Origin: an uncultured Chloroflexia bacterium
GTDB taxonomy: Bacteria; Chloroflexota; Limnocylindria; Limnocylindrales; CSP1-4
Direction of reading: 5' to 3'
Assembly (NCBI GenBank): GCA_963748625.1
Contig: CAVVJT010000003.1
Span: 224,001 to 288,000 of the forward strand
Length of the DNA stretch: 64,000 bases
Numbering within the stretch: position 1 is the stretch's first letter; every line of letters begins with the position of its first letter. The notes beneath the pieces are model-generated. The model searched no databases and had not been told where the DNA came from. It saw only the letters and a program-made list of their open reading frames with translations. The translations under genes were made by a program, and so were the position numbers. Shown here piece by piece: positions 9,742 through 19,926 of the stretch.

Positions 9742-10203
9742 CTACGCCGGAGCGGCGCGGTCGGTGGTGTCGAGCCAGATCGTGAACGGGCCGTCGTTCA
9801 CCAGCTCCACGGCCATCTCGGCGCCGAACTCGCCCAGTTCGACGCGCTTCACCCCCTCGACCTCGAGGCCCGCCGCAACCCGCAACCAGAGGACCTTGGC
9901 GAGGGCCGGCGAGGCGGCGTCAGTGAAGCCCGGCCGGCGGCCGCGACGGATGTCCGCATACAGGGTGAACTGGCTCACGACCAGCGCCTCGCCGTCCACG
10001 TCGAGCAGCGACCGGTTGGTCTTGCCCTCGTCGTCCTCGAAGATCCGCAGCTCGCAGATGCGGCGGGCCACCCAGTCCGCGGTGTCCTCGTCGTCCCCAC
10101 GGCCCACGCCGAGGAACACCAGGAGCCCGGGGCCGATGGAGCCCACGACCGCGCCAGCGACGCGGACATCAGCGCGGGTGACCCGCTGGAGCAGCGCGCG
10201 CAC
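9742..10203 (-). CDS. dtd: D-aminoacyl-tRNA deacylase
   Basis: MRALLQRV, VSQFTL and NDGPFT motifs. Confidence 0.96.
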   Translation of the reverse strand: MRALLQRVTRADVRVAGAVVGSIGPGLLVFLGVGRGDDEDTADWVARRICELRIFEDDEGKTNRSLLDVDGEALVVSQFTLYADIRRGRRPGFTDAASPALAKVLWLRVAAGLEVEGVKRVELGEFGAEMAVELVNDGPFTIWLDTTDRAAPA

Positions 10204-10214
10204 GCCTGGATCCC

Positions 10215-10928
10215 CTATCCGGCCATCGTCGCCGCCCGCGCGGCATCCGCCATGGCCCGGGTGCGGCGCACCGCCTCCGCCATGTCGGGCGCGCGGTAGA
10301 GCGCGGAGCCCACGACGATCACGTCCGTGCCCTCGCGGCCGATCACCTCGGCCGTCTCAGCACGGCCTCCACCGTCCACCTGCACCTCGAGGGCGCCTCG
10401 TGGGTCGAGCCATCCGCGAGCCGGCCGCAGCTTGGCCGCGGCGACGTCCGCCATGAAGGACTGGCCACCGAACCCGGGCTCGACCGTCATGACGAGAATG
10501 ATGTCGAGCAGGTCGCGGTAGGCGTCGAGCGCCGTCAGCGGCGTGCCGGGCTTGACCGACAGCCCGGCCGCCCGCCCGGCCCCGCGGATGCGCTCCAGGG
10601 CGGGCCGGGTCTGCGTGGCGTCCACCTCGACGTGGAAGGTGATCGAGTCACACCCCGCATCGAGGAACTGCTGGGTCCAACGGCCGGGGTCCGAGATCAT
10701 CAGGTGGGCGTCGAACGGGAGTTCCGTGACCCGCCGGACAGCCTCGATCATCGTCCAGCCGAAGGTGATGTTCGGGACGAAGTGGCCGTCCATGACGTCG
10801 AGGTGGATCCGGTCCACGCCCGCGTCCTCGGCCCGGCGGATCTCATCGCCGAGGCGCGCGAGGTCGGCGTCCAGGATGCTGGCGGCGATGAGGGTGCTCG
10901 CCGGCCGGCGGCTGGTGGTCTCCGTCAT
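10215..10928 (-). CDS. rpe: Ribulose-phosphate 3-epimerase
   Basis: HLDVMDGHFVPNITFG, MTVEPGFGGQ and VDGG motifs. Confidence 0.96.
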   Translation of the reverse strand: MTETTSRRPASTLIAASILDADLARLGDEIRRAEDAGVDRIHLDVMDGHFVPNITFGWTMIEAVRRVTELPFDAHLMISDPGRWTQQFLDAGCDSITFHVEVDATQTRPALERIRGAGRAAGLSVKPGTPLTALDAYRDLLDIILVMTVEPGFGGQSFMADVAAAKLRPARGWLDPRGALEVQVDGGGRAETAEVIGREGTDVIVVGSALYRAPDMAEAVRRTRAMADAARAATMAG

Positions 10929-12208
10929 GCCTCTCCTGTCCCGGCAGGCGCCGGCTCCTCGCTGCGCTCACCGCGCAGGGCAGCCGCGCTCTGGGCGACC
11001 AGGCGCTCACGCCGGCGCTGCACCACGATGGGTGTGGGCTGGCCAGCGTGCTCGGCCGCGAGCTGGCCGCAGGCGGCGCCGATCTCCGTGCCCCGGTTGA
11101 AGCGGATCGTGGTGGCGATCCCCGCCGCCCGCAGCCGATCGGCGAAGCGCTCCACGCGTGCGACCGGCGTGCCGGTCCACGGCGTGTGCGCCACGGCGTT
11201 CATGGGGATGAGATTGACGTGTGCGAGCTCGCCGCGAAGCAGGTCGGCCATGGCGTCGGCGTCCGCATCGGTGTCGTTGATGCCGTCGATCATCGTGACC
11301 TCGTAGGTCACACGGCGTCCGGTCGCCTCCACGTGCTCGCGCGCCGCGGCGACCACCTCCTCTACCGGCCAGCGGCGGTTGAGCGGCACGAGCACGTCGC
11401 GCAACGGGTTGCGGGCGGCATGCAGCGAGATCGCGAGCGTGAACTGGGGTCCAAGGGCGGTCAGGCGACGGATCCCGGGCACGACGCCGGACGTGCTCAC
11501 CGTGATGTGGCGCGCGCCCAGCCCGAAGCGCTTCGGGTCGTTGAGGGCCGCGATCGCCTCGAGCACGCGGTCGAGGTTCAGGAGGGGCTCGCCCATGCCC
11601 ATGAATACGACGTTGGTGAGGTGTTTGCCGGTGGCCGCGAGGCTGCGGGCGGCATGGCGCACCTGGTCCACGATCTCAGCGGTCTCGAGGTCGCGCTCCA
11701 TCCCCAGTTCGCCCGTGGCACAGAACGGGCAGCCGACCGCACAGCCGGCCTGGGAGCTGATGCACAGCGTGTGGCGCTCGCGGGTGCCCTCGCGGGCCGG
11801 GTAGTGCATCAGGACCGACTCGACAAGGAGCCCGTCCGAGAGGCGGTGGACGGCCTTCTCGGTGAGGCCGCCGTCCGTGATGCGGACCTCGGACTCCTCG
11901 ACGGTGTCGTAGCGGAACGAAGTGGCGAGCGCGTCGCGGAGTGGCGCCGGCAGGGTGAGAATGTCGGCGAATGAGATCTGCCGGCCACGCCATGCGGCGT
12001 CGAGCACCTGCCTGGCACGGTAGGCCGGATGGCCGTGCTCCGTGAACCACGCCGCGAGCTCCTCCGGCGTGAGGCTTCCGACGCCCGGGCGCTGGTCGCG
12101 GGGGCTGGTGGCCGAGGGAGCGGGGCGGAGCCCGAAGAAGGCGGCGATCGCCGGCTGTTCGCCGGCCGACGTCAGCGCATCGGTGATCGGCGGCGTCTGG
12201 TCTGTCAT
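10925..12208 (-). CDS. rlmN: 23S rRNA m2A2503 methyltransferase RlmN
   Basis: CISSQAGCAVGCPFCATG radical SAM motif, MGMGEP and AACGQL; ATG at 12208 chosen as start. Confidence 0.95.
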   Translation of the reverse strand: MTDQTPPITDALTSAGEQPAIAAFFGLRPAPSATSPRDQRPGVGSLTPEELAAWFTEHGHPAYRARQVLDAAWRGRQISFADILTLPAPLRDALATSFRYDTVEESEVRITDGGLTEKAVHRLSDGLLVESVLMHYPAREGTRERHTLCISSQAGCAVGCPFCATGELGMERDLETAEIVDQVRHAARSLAATGKHLTNVVFMGMGEPLLNLDRVLEAIAALNDPKRFGLGARHITVSTSGVVPGIRRLTALGPQFTLAISLHAARNPLRDVLVPLNRRWPVEEVVAAAREHVEATGRRVTYEVTMIDGINDTDADADAMADLLRGELAHVNLIPMNAVAHTPWTGTPVARVERFADRLRAAGIATTIRFNRGTEIGAACGQLAAEHAGQPTPIVVQRRRERLVAQSAAALRGERSEEPAPAGTGEA

Positions 12209-12244
12209 CGCGGGTGATTCTGACACGGGCGGGCGGTGCGGGCC

Positions 12245-13189
12245 TCAGGCACCGGCGTGCCGACCGCGGAGCCAGTCCTCGCCCGGCATGGACCGCCTGC
12301 CCGGGGGCGTGACGGTCTCAAGGACGAGGCGGCCATCGGCCGTGGCCAAGGCGGGCCGGCGGCCCTCGCGGACGATGGAACCGGCGGAGTCCCCAGCCGC
12401 GGATCCCGCGACGGACGCCGCGCTCACGACGAGGCGCTCCCCGTCCAGCTCGAGGTACGTTCCGGGCCACGGGAGATAGGCGCGGACCAGGCGCTCGAGC
12501 ACGGCTGCGGGCCGCGCCGGGTCGAGACGGCCGTCCGCGCGCCGCAACGGGCGCGTGAGCGTCACGCCGTCGGACGCCTGCGGGACGGCGCCGACCGTCC
12601 CGTCCAGCCAAGGCCCCACCATCCGCCCAAGCAGCGCGGCGCCCGCCTCGGCCAGGGCGGCCTCCAGCGCCGGCGCGGTCTCCGTACCGTCGAGCGGCCA
12701 GGACTCCTGCGCGACCACCGGTCCCGTGTCGAGGCCCGCATCCATCCGCATCAGCGTCACCGCGGTGGACGGATCGCCTGCTGCGATCGTGTTCGGAATC
12801 GGGCTGGCGCCACGCCAGCGCGGCAGGGCGGACGGGTGCAGGTTCAGGGCGCCGTGGACCAGGGCGAGCAGCGCGGGCGGGACGATCTGGCCGTAGTCGG
12901 CGAGGACCGCGAGCGTGGGGCCGAGGGCCAGGATCGCCGCGAGGGACTCGGGCGTCCGCAAGCGCGGCGGCGTCAGCACGGGCCCGATGCCAAGCGCCAC
13001 CGCGAGGGTGCCGATGGGCGTGGCCGTCAGCACCTGCCTCCGGCCAACCGGACGCGGTGGGGCCGTGACCACGCCGACAAGCTGGATGCGGGGATGGGTG
13101 GCGAGCGCGCGCAGGGCCGGTGCCCCGAAGGCGCCGCTGCCGAGGAAGACGGTCCGGACGCGCCCGCCGGCGGCCGGGTCCGCTGTCAC
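12245..13189 (-). CDS. fmt: Methionyl-tRNA formyltransferase
   Basis: NLHPSALPRWRGASPI and MDAGLDTG motifs; follows def. Confidence 0.95.
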   Translation of the reverse strand: MTADPAAGGRVRTVFLGSGAFGAPALRALATHPRIQLVGVVTAPPRPVGRRQVLTATPIGTLAVALGIGPVLTPPRLRTPESLAAILALGPTLAVLADYGQIVPPALLALVHGALNLHPSALPRWRGASPIPNTIAAGDPSTAVTLMRMDAGLDTGPVVAQESWPLDGTETAPALEAALAEAGAALLGRMVGPWLDGTVGAVPQASDGVTLTRPLRRADGRLDPARPAAVLERLVRAYLPWPGTYLELDGERLVVSAASVAGSAAGDSAGSIVREGRRPALATADGRLVLETVTPPGRRSMPGEDWLRGRHAGA

Positions 13190-13737
13190 GCCAGGGCGCC
13201 CGTCGCGCGGATGATGCGCGAGCCGGTGTCGTCGCCGGCGCCGCTCGCGGCACCGTCGCCGTCGCGGGAGCCGCTCCCCACGGCGATCAGCTCGTCCATC
13301 GAGTCGAGGTAGTCGATGTAGAGCTTGCCCTGCAGGTGGTCCAGCTCGTGCTGGAGCGCCCGGCCCAGGAACCCTGAGCCCGCAACCTTCACCTTCTTGC
13401 CCTTGCGATCCTGCGCCACGACCCAGACCTTCTCACGGCGGGTCACGTAGGCGGCGTAGCCGGGGATGGACAGGCAGGCCTCGAGGTCACGGTCATCGCC
13501 CGACGCCTTGACGATCTCGGGGTTCACCAGCTCGAGGAGGTTGCCCTCGACCTCGACGACGCATGCGCGGAGGGCCTCTCCGAGCTGCGGGGCTGCGAGG
13601 CCGACCCCGGGCGCGTGGCGCATCGTGTCGGTCAGGTCGTCCAGCAGCTCGTGGAGGTACTTGCCGAAGCTGTCCACGGTCTCGCCTTTGAGGCGCAGGC
13701 GCGGGTCGCCGAGGAGGACGATGGGTTTGACGCTCAT
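13186..13737 (-). CDS. def: Peptide deformylase
   Basis: GVGLAAPQ, EACLS and QHELDHL motifs; real start is MSVKPIVLLGDPRLR at 13737. Confidence 0.95.
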   Translation of the reverse strand: MSVKPIVLLGDPRLRLKGETVDSFGKYLHELLDDLTDTMRHAPGVGLAAPQLGEALRACVVEVEGNLLELVNPEIVKASGDDRDLEACLSIPGYAAYVTRREKVWVVAQDRKGKKVKVAGSGFLGRALQHELDHLQGKLYIDYLDSMDELIAVGSGSRDGDGAASGAGDDTGSRIIRATGALA

Positions 13738-13794
13738 GATCGCGCGAGTATAGCCAACGACCGCCCGTGCTCCGTGCAGGCCCGGGCCGGCACC

Positions 13795-13984
13795 GTCTGT
13801 CACGCGTGGCAGCGTCTGTCGCGCCTGGCCACGTCTGTCACGCGTGGCAGCGTCTGTCGCGCCTGGCCACGTCTGTCGCGCCTGGCCACGTCTGTCGCGC
13901 CTGGCCACGTCTGTCGCGCGTGGCCCCGTTTGTCGCGCGTGGCCCCGTTTGTCGCGCGTGGCCCCGTTTGTCGCGCGGGGCCCC
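13795..13984. repeat. Intergenic 19-bp tandem repeat, 10 copies
   Basis: Units gtctgtcacgcgtggcagc / gtctgtcgcgcctggccac / gtttgtcgcgcgtggcccc are head-to-tail with no spacers. Confidence 0.92.
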
Positions 13985-14169
13985 GTCCTGCCGCCCGGCG
14001 GGCACTGCGAGCAGAAACCCGCACGTTCGTGCCGCCTGGCGGCCGGTTCAGCCCGAAAACGGGCGCTGGGGCTCGTCCTGCCCGCTGGACGGTTGGACTG
14101 CCCAGGATCCTGCACGCAGGGCCCGCTGGGCGGGAGCTCGACCCTGGTGCGCGATCCGTGGCGGCGGGA

Positions 14170-14727
14170 TCAGATGCCGGAGCCGCCATCCTGGGCGGGG
14201 GCGGCGGGTGCGGCCTCGTCGGCTGGCTCGCCGGCCGGTGCGGCTGGCTCGCCGGACGGTGCGGCTGTCGCGTCGGCCGTGGCGGCGGGGTCGGCTGCCT
14301 CCTCGGTCTCCGGAGCGGCACCCCCGGCCGCGGCCTCCTGGGTCGCCCGGAGCTCCGCGGCGACGGCGACGGCGCGCTCGGCGAAGCGCTGGCCATAGTC
14401 GGACGTGATCACGGCAGCCCGCGTCGCGGCAGGACCGGCTTTGGCCGCGGCGACGGCAGCGAGCTCTGCGGCCTTGGCGCCCACCTGGCGGGCGGCCGGA
14501 GCCGCGGCCGAGGCGAGGCCGTTGATCATGGACTCGAGCTGGGCGAGCCACTGCGCAGTCTGCGGGTTGCCGGCACCGCCGTCAGCACCCGGGGTGGACC
14601 CTGCGTCCGCTCTCCAGCTTCCGGCCGACCCGGGGTCCCCGGCGCCCGGAGGTGGCGGCGGTGCAGCGGGCTCCTGGGCGGGCTCGCCGATGGGCGGTGT
14701 GGTCGTGTGCTGCTGCTCGTCGGTCAC
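14170..14727 (-). CDS. Hypothetical Ala/Pro/acidic protein
   Basis: AAGGAG RBS before GTG at 14727; helical core WLAQLESMINGLA...YGQRFAERA. Confidence 0.7.
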   Translation of the reverse strand: MTDEQQHTTTPPIGEPAQEPAAPPPPPGAGDPGSAGSWRADAGSTPGADGGAGNPQTAQWLAQLESMINGLASAAAPAARQVGAKAAELAAVAAAKAGPAATRAAVITSDYGQRFAERAVAVAAELRATQEAAAGGAAPETEEAADPAATADATAAPSGEPAAPAGEPADEAAPAAPAQDGGSGI

Positions 14728-14824
14728 GGGGTGTCTCCTTGCCGATCGGTCCGATCGTGCTGTCGTCTGCGTCCATTGTGCCCGCCGCACCAATTCCTGC
14801 ACGTGCCGGCGTTCCCCGACGAGC

Positions 14825-17572
14825 CTAGAGGAGCGACTCCGGGTCCACGTCCACGCTCCACGGAGCGCCGGGCGGCGGTTCGAGGAGGGCGGCCGGATCC
14901 GCACCGCGGAGCACCAGGTTGAAGCGCCATCGCTCGGCACGCCGCGCGATGTAGGCGGGGGCAGGACCGATCACCTGCACCACGAGCCCCATGTCCCGCG
15001 CCCGGTCGCGGAGTCGGTCGGCCATCGCGAGCGCCTCACGCTCGGCCGCGTCCCGCTCGGCCAGGCCGACCGTGAGCTTGATGAGCCGTCCGAACGGCGG
15101 CGAGCCGAACCGTTCTCGGAGCGCCAGCTCCTCGTCGTAGAAGGCGGCAGCATCGCGCTCAACGACGGCGCGGATCGCCCGATGGTCGGGCCGGTAGGTC
15201 TGGATGTACGCGAGCCCGGGGCGATCCCCGCGGCCGGCCCGGCCCACCGCCTGGGCCAGCAGTTGGTACGTCCGCTCGGAGGCACGCTCGTCGGGGAGGT
15301 TGAGCGCGATGTCCGCCGAGACCACCCCAACCAGGGTCACCTCGGCGACGTCGAGCCCTTTGGCCACGAGGCTCGTGCCCACCAGGACATCAAGGCGGCC
15401 GGAGGCGAAGGCGTCGAGCACGCGCTCGGCCGCCCCCTTGCGCTCGACGACATCGCGGTCCAGGCGTCCGACGCGCAGCCACGGGAACCGGTCGCGCACC
15501 TCGCGCTCGACGCGCTCCGTCCCTCCGCCGAGATAGCGGATCCGCGGCGAGGCGCACGAGGGGCAGCGGGTCGCGATCGGCCAGGCCCGCCCGCAGTGGT
15601 GACAGCGCAGCGTCGTGCCCGCCTGGTGGTAGACCAGCGGGCGGTCGCAGTCCGGGCAGGATTGAACGGTCCCACAGTCCCGGCACAGCACCACGGACGC
15701 CGTGCCCCGCCGGTTGAGGACCAGGATCGCCCGGTCGCCGGCACCCGTGTCGAGCGCCGCGAGCGCCCCTGCCAGCGCCGCCGAGAGCAGGCCCCGGTTG
15801 CCCGCCGCGAGCTCGGCGCGCATGTCCACGGCCTCAACCAGCGGCTCCGCGCCGGCCGCCCGGACCGGCAGCACCGCCCGCCGGTAGCGGCCCGCACGCG
15901 CATGGCCCATCGTGTCCACGGCGGGCGTCGCCGAACCCAGGACCACCGCCGCCCCGGCGAGCCTGCCGAGCTCCACGGCCGTGTCACGGGCCTGGAAGCG
16001 CGGCGTCCGGTCGCTCTTGTAGGCCGGGTCGTGCTCCTCGTCGACCACGATCAAGCCGACGTCCGCGAGCGGGACCAGCGCGGCGGTCCGGGTGCCCACC
16101 ACGACGTCCACGTCGCCGGCCCGGATCCGGCGCCACTCGTCGGCCCGCTCCCCTTCCCCGAGGCCCGAGTGCATCACCGCGACGCGCACCGGCAGCTCCG
16201 CCCGGAGCCGATCGGTGATCGGGGTGGCCAGCGCGATCTCTGGCACGAGGAGCAGGCACGGCCGTCCCGCGGCCAGGCTGGCAGCCATCGCCTCGACGTA
16301 GATCGCTGTCTTGCCGCCGCCGGTGACGCCGTCGAGCAGGACGGGTGTCGGGTCGCGTTCGGCCACCGCCGCCAGGACCATGCCCAGCGCGGCCGCCTGG
16401 TCGGGCGTCAGCGCCGCACCGGTGGGCCGCGCACCACGCAGGCCGACCGGCCGGGAGGCGAGCGGACGGCGCGGCCGCTCGCGGACCTCCGTCCGCACCA
16501 GGCCACGCCGCACCAGCCCCGCGATCGCCGACGCGCCGTGGCGCTCCGAGATCCCGGCCGCTGCCACACCGTCGCTTGGGCCATTGCCGGCTGCGTCGTC
16601 GCCGGCTGCGTCGTCGCTGGCTGCCTCGTCGACGGCCGCCTCGTCGACGGCTGCCTCGTCGACGGCTGCGGGCGTCGCAGCGAGCTCGGTGAGGGCGTGC
16701 TTCTGGCGCGGCCCCAGCGGCCTCCCGGCGGGCCGCTCCCCGTCCCCCAGCAGGACCGCAACGGCCCGCCCTTCCGTCGTCAGCCAGACGCGCCGCTCGT
16801 ACCGGGGCCCGATCGCCGCCCCAAGAAGCGTCCACGTCAGCTCCACGAGCCCCTCGTCGGCCAGGATCCGCAGGCGCCGCAGGAGGCCCGCCCGGCCCTC
16901 GGGCGCCGCAAGATCGCGCACCGGGCGGGCTCGCCCCGCCATGTCGTCGAGCAGGTCGACGTCGGCGGAGGCCAGCACGCGTCCGGGCAGGCCTGGCTCA
17001 GCCGAGCCTGGCTCAGCCGAGCCAGGCTCCTCCGGGCCCAGGCGTGCCTCACCGGTCGGGCCCGTCGCTGTCGGGCCCGGAGCTGCCGGCCCCGGAGCTG
17101 CCGGCCCCGGAGCTGCCGGCCCCACCGGCGCATCGAGGCCCAGGCGCGCCTCCCCGGCCGGCGTCACCTCGGCCACCAGTTCGAGACGCTCGAGCATGCC
17201 CGGGGGCAGCATCGCCCGGATCACCGTCGCGAGCGGCGCGAGATACCGCTCGGCCACGAGGCCTGCGAGGGCAAGCGCGAGCGGCGGCAGCAGGGGTCCG
17301 TCGGAGCGGACGCGGGCGGCGATGGGCCGCGCATGCGCGCCAGGCGGCAGGCTGCCCTCCCCCAGGACCACGCCGATGGCCTGGCGGCCGCCCTTGCCGA
17401 AGGGCACGAGGACGGCCTCGCCCGGCTCCACGTCGCTCAGCGCGGATGGGACCTCGTAGGTGTACGTTCGAGGGCCTGGGGTGCCGGGCGCGTCGACCGC
17501 GACCGCGACCAGGCGGCGCGCCCGGTCCGTGACCGGCCCCGCCCCGGTGTCGAGCCCGAGCGTGGGCGGCAC
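14825..17572 (-). CDS. priA: Primosomal protein N' (PriA)
   Basis: GVTGGGKT, VDEEHD, GSATP, Cys-rich zinc region, QAVGRAGR and C-terminal VDVDP. Confidence 0.95.
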   Translation of the reverse strand: MPPTLGLDTGAGPVTDRARRLVAVAVDAPGTPGPRTYTYEVPSALSDVEPGEAVLVPFGKGGRQAIGVVLGEGSLPPGAHARPIAARVRSDGPLLPPLALALAGLVAERYLAPLATVIRAMLPPGMLERLELVAEVTPAGEARLGLDAPVGPAAPGPAAPGPAAPGPTATGPTGEARLGPEEPGSAEPGSAEPGLPGRVLASADVDLLDDMAGRARPVRDLAAPEGRAGLLRRLRILADEGLVELTWTLLGAAIGPRYERRVWLTTEGRAVAVLLGDGERPAGRPLGPRQKHALTELAATPAAVDEAAVDEAAVDEAASDDAAGDDAAGNGPSDGVAAAGISERHGASAIAGLVRRGLVRTEVRERPRRPLASRPVGLRGARPTGAALTPDQAAALGMVLAAVAERDPTPVLLDGVTGGGKTAIYVEAMAASLAAGRPCLLLVPEIALATPITDRLRAELPVRVAVMHSGLGEGERADEWRRIRAGDVDVVVGTRTAALVPLADVGLIVVDEEHDPAYKSDRTPRFQARDTAVELGRLAGAAVVLGSATPAVDTMGHARAGRYRRAVLPVRAAGAEPLVEAVDMRAELAAGNRGLLSAALAGALAALDTGAGDRAILVLNRRGTASVVLCRDCGTVQSCPDCDRPLVYHQAGTTLRCHHCGRAWPIATRCPSCASPRIRYLGGGTERVEREVRDRFPWLRVGRLDRDVVERKGAAERVLDAFASGRLDVLVGTSLVAKGLDVAEVTLVGVVSADIALNLPDERASERTYQLLAQAVGRAGRGDRPGLAYIQTYRPDHRAIRAVVERDAAAFYDEELALRERFGSPPFGRLIKLTVGLAERDAAEREALAMADRLRDRARDMGLVVQVIGPAPAYIARRAERWRFNLVLRGADPAALLEPPPGAPWSVDVDPESLL

Positions 17573-17576
17573 GACG

Positions 17577-18206
17577 TCAGCCGACGCGCACGCGCCGGTC
17601 GGCGTTGCGGCGCTTCTCCTGGGTGATGATCGCCTCGATCTCGGCGGCGGTGCTCTCGATTGCACCGTCGTCGTTGACCACCACCTGGTCGTAGTCGCCC
17701 TGGCGGGCCAGCTCGATCGCCGCGTTCCGCTGCCGGATCTCGAGCTCGTCGGCGCTCTCCGTGGCGCGCGAGCGCAGCCGCTGGAACAGGGCCTCGAGGC
17801 TGGGCGGGACGATGAACACGAGGAGAGCCTCGGGAACCCGCTCCTTGACGACCTTGGCGCCTTGCACGTCGATCTTGAGGATGACGTCGTGACCATCGGC
17901 AAGCGCGCTGGCGACCTCACGCCTGGGCGTGCCGTACCAGTTGCCGTGGACCTCGTTGGCCTCGAGCAGCTCGCCCGCGGCGCGCAGCTCCTTGAACTCG
18001 GGCCGGGTCAGGAAGTGGTAGGAGGAGCCGGGAACCTCTCCGGGCCGCGGACCGCGCGTGGTGCAGGTCACGACATAGTGGTAGTCGGGGTCGCGCGGGC
18101 GCGCCCGCAACGCGTCGATGATCGTGTCCTTGCCCACGCCGGAGGGCCCACTGATGATCACCAGCAGCGCGCCCGGCGCACCCTCGAGGACCTCCGGATC
18201 CGTCAC
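17577..18206 (-). CDS. gmk: Guanylate kinase
   Basis: ISGPSGVGKDT, TTRGPRPGE and YGT motifs. Confidence 0.96.
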   Translation of the reverse strand: MTDPEVLEGAPGALLVIISGPSGVGKDTIIDALRARPRDPDYHYVVTCTTRGPRPGEVPGSSYHFLTRPEFKELRAAGELLEANEVHGNWYGTPRREVASALADGHDVILKIDVQGAKVVKERVPEALLVFIVPPSLEALFQRLRSRATESADELEIRQRNAAIELARQGDYDQVVVNDDGAIESTAAEIEAIITQEKRRNADRRVRVG

Positions 18207-19327
18207 GCCTTTCCTCCGCCCGGACGCCGGCCGGCCGATGCCTCGGCGGCGCGCAGCCCGTCCAGCACCGATGCGAGCGCGTCCGGGAGGGGTGCCTCCA
18301 CCCGGACGAGCTTGGCCGAGGTCGGCGAGACGAGCTCCAGCCGCCAGGCGTGGAGGAACAGGCGCTCGAGGCCATCGGGCCCCCTGCGCGAGGTGCCGGT
18401 GCCGTAGACCGGGTCGCCGGCGATCGGGTGGCCCAGCGCCGTCAGGTGGACGCGGATCTGGTGGGTCCGCCCGGTGATGAGATCCAGGTCCAGCAGCGTC
18501 CAGTCGCGGAACCGCTCGCGCACGCGGTAGCCCGTCACGGCGTGCCGGCCGTCGGTGGTCACCGCCATCCGCTTGCGGTCCTTTGGATCGCGGCCGATGT
18601 TGGCCTCGATCCGGCCCACCGCCGCCGAGACCGAGCCCTGCACGAGCGCCTGGTAGGTCTTGCGCACGCGGCGTGCCTTGAGCTGGGCCATGAGGGAGGC
18701 CTGTGCGGCGTCGTTGCGCGCGACGACGAGCAGGCCGGACGTGTCGCGGTCGAGGCGGTGGACGATGCCGGGGCGGGCGACGCCCGCGATGCCGCCGTAG
18801 TGGTCGCCACGGGCGAGGAGGGCGTTGACGAGCGTGCCCTGCCAGTGGCCGGGGGCGGGATGCACCACGAGGCCAGACGGCTTGTTGACGATGAGGATGT
18901 CGTCGTCCTCGTAGACGACGTCCACTGGGATCGTCGGGTCGGGCTCCAGGTGGAACGGGATCTCGGCGGGCGGGACCTCCAGCACGACGGCGCCGCCGCG
19001 CACCTCGGAGTTGGCGCGCAACCGGCGCCCCTGGTCGTCCACCAGGCGGCCGTCAGAGATCAGCTTCTGCACGTACGAGCGCGACAGGCCGGTCCGGTCC
19101 GCGACGAACCGGTCCACGCGCCGGATGATCTCGCCCTCAGGGACCAGGAGCCGGCGCGGGCCGGGCTCGACCGACGGCGGTCCGGACTCCATGCCCGGAG
19201 CCTCACCGAGGTCCTCGCCGCCGTCAAGGTCGGCATCGAGGTCCGCGTCGAGCGCCTCGTCCAGGTCGGGGGTGTCCAGATCGGGGCCGTCGAGGTCGTC
19301 CTCGCGCCCGGGTTCCATGTCAGCCAT
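18203..19327 (-). CDS. rluD: RluA/RluD family pseudouridine synthase with acidic N-terminal extension
   Basis: S4 domain, NKPSGLVVHP, HRLDRDTSG and TGRTHQIRVH motifs. Confidence 0.9.
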   Translation of the reverse strand: MADMEPGREDDLDGPDLDTPDLDEALDADLDADLDGGEDLGEAPGMESGPPSVEPGPRRLLVPEGEIIRRVDRFVADRTGLSRSYVQKLISDGRLVDDQGRRLRANSEVRGGAVVLEVPPAEIPFHLEPDPTIPVDVVYEDDDILIVNKPSGLVVHPAPGHWQGTLVNALLARGDHYGGIAGVARPGIVHRLDRDTSGLLVVARNDAAQASLMAQLKARRVRKTYQALVQGSVSAAVGRIEANIGRDPKDRKRMAVTTDGRHAVTGYRVRERFRDWTLLDLDLITGRTHQIRVHLTALGHPIAGDPVYGTGTSRRGPDGLERLFLHAWRLELVSPTSAKLVRVEAPLPDALASVLDGLRAAEASAGRRPGGGKA

Positions 19328-19922
19328 CGGCTCCCCACTCCCCCACCCGCGGCACGATCGCGAGGATGATCAGGCAGATGATCGAGACGGTGATCGCCGC
19401 GTCTGCCACGTTGTAGGTGTAGAAGCGCCACTCCCCGATGCCCATGTCGATCCAGTCGAGGACGTAGCCCCACCGGAGCCGGTCGATGAGATTGCCGATC
19501 GCCCCGCCGAGGAGCAGCGCGAGCGCGATCGTGGTCACGATCCCACGCCCGGCCTTCCGGTGGTAGACCACGATCAGAGCCACGACGACCAGGGTGACCG
19601 CGGCGAACGCCGGGGCCGACGCGGGCAGGAGGCCGAACAGGGCCCCGTCGTTGCGCCAGTGGACGAAGGTGAGCCAGTCACCAAGGACGGACAGGCCCGC
19701 CCCGAACTCGATGTTGGCGGCGACCCAGCCCTTGGACAGCTGGTCGGCGACGACCACGCCGATCGCGATGGCCGCGAAGAGGATCCAGCGACGTGTCGAG
19801 GGACCACGCCACGCGCGTGGAGCCGCAGCGGGTCCCTGCGCCACATCGGGCTCCTGCACCGCCTCGGCGGTGTCCGCCGACGTCTGCAGGGGCGGTGTCT
19901 CCTCCGGGGCGGTCTCGGCCAT
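19320..19922 (-). CDS. lspA: Lipoprotein signal peptidase II
   Basis: DQLSK, NDGALFG, GAIGNLIDR and YNVADAAI motifs. Confidence 0.95.
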   Translation of the reverse strand: MAETAPEETPPLQTSADTAEAVQEPDVAQGPAAAPRAWRGPSTRRWILFAAIAIGVVVADQLSKGWVAANIEFGAGLSVLGDWLTFVHWRNDGALFGLLPASAPAFAAVTLVVVALIVVYHRKAGRGIVTTIALALLLGGAIGNLIDRLRWGYVLDWIDMGIGEWRFYTYNVADAAITVSIICLIILAIVPRVGEWGADG

Positions 19923-19926
19923 GGGC

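Noticed and set aside
13795-13984. CRISPR array
   Set aside because: Units are contiguous with no unique spacers, and there are no cas genes in the window.
13738-14115. Long N-terminal extension of peptide deformylase
   Set aside because: It is read-through of the 19-bp repeat region; the family start and a -10 box point to ATG 13737.
14405-17626. 1073-aa + strand ORF and similar long ORFs (3711-5975, 21442-23391, 35807-38005, 20279-23185)
   Set aside because: Antisense or alternate-frame shadows of real genes, expected in high-GC DNA.
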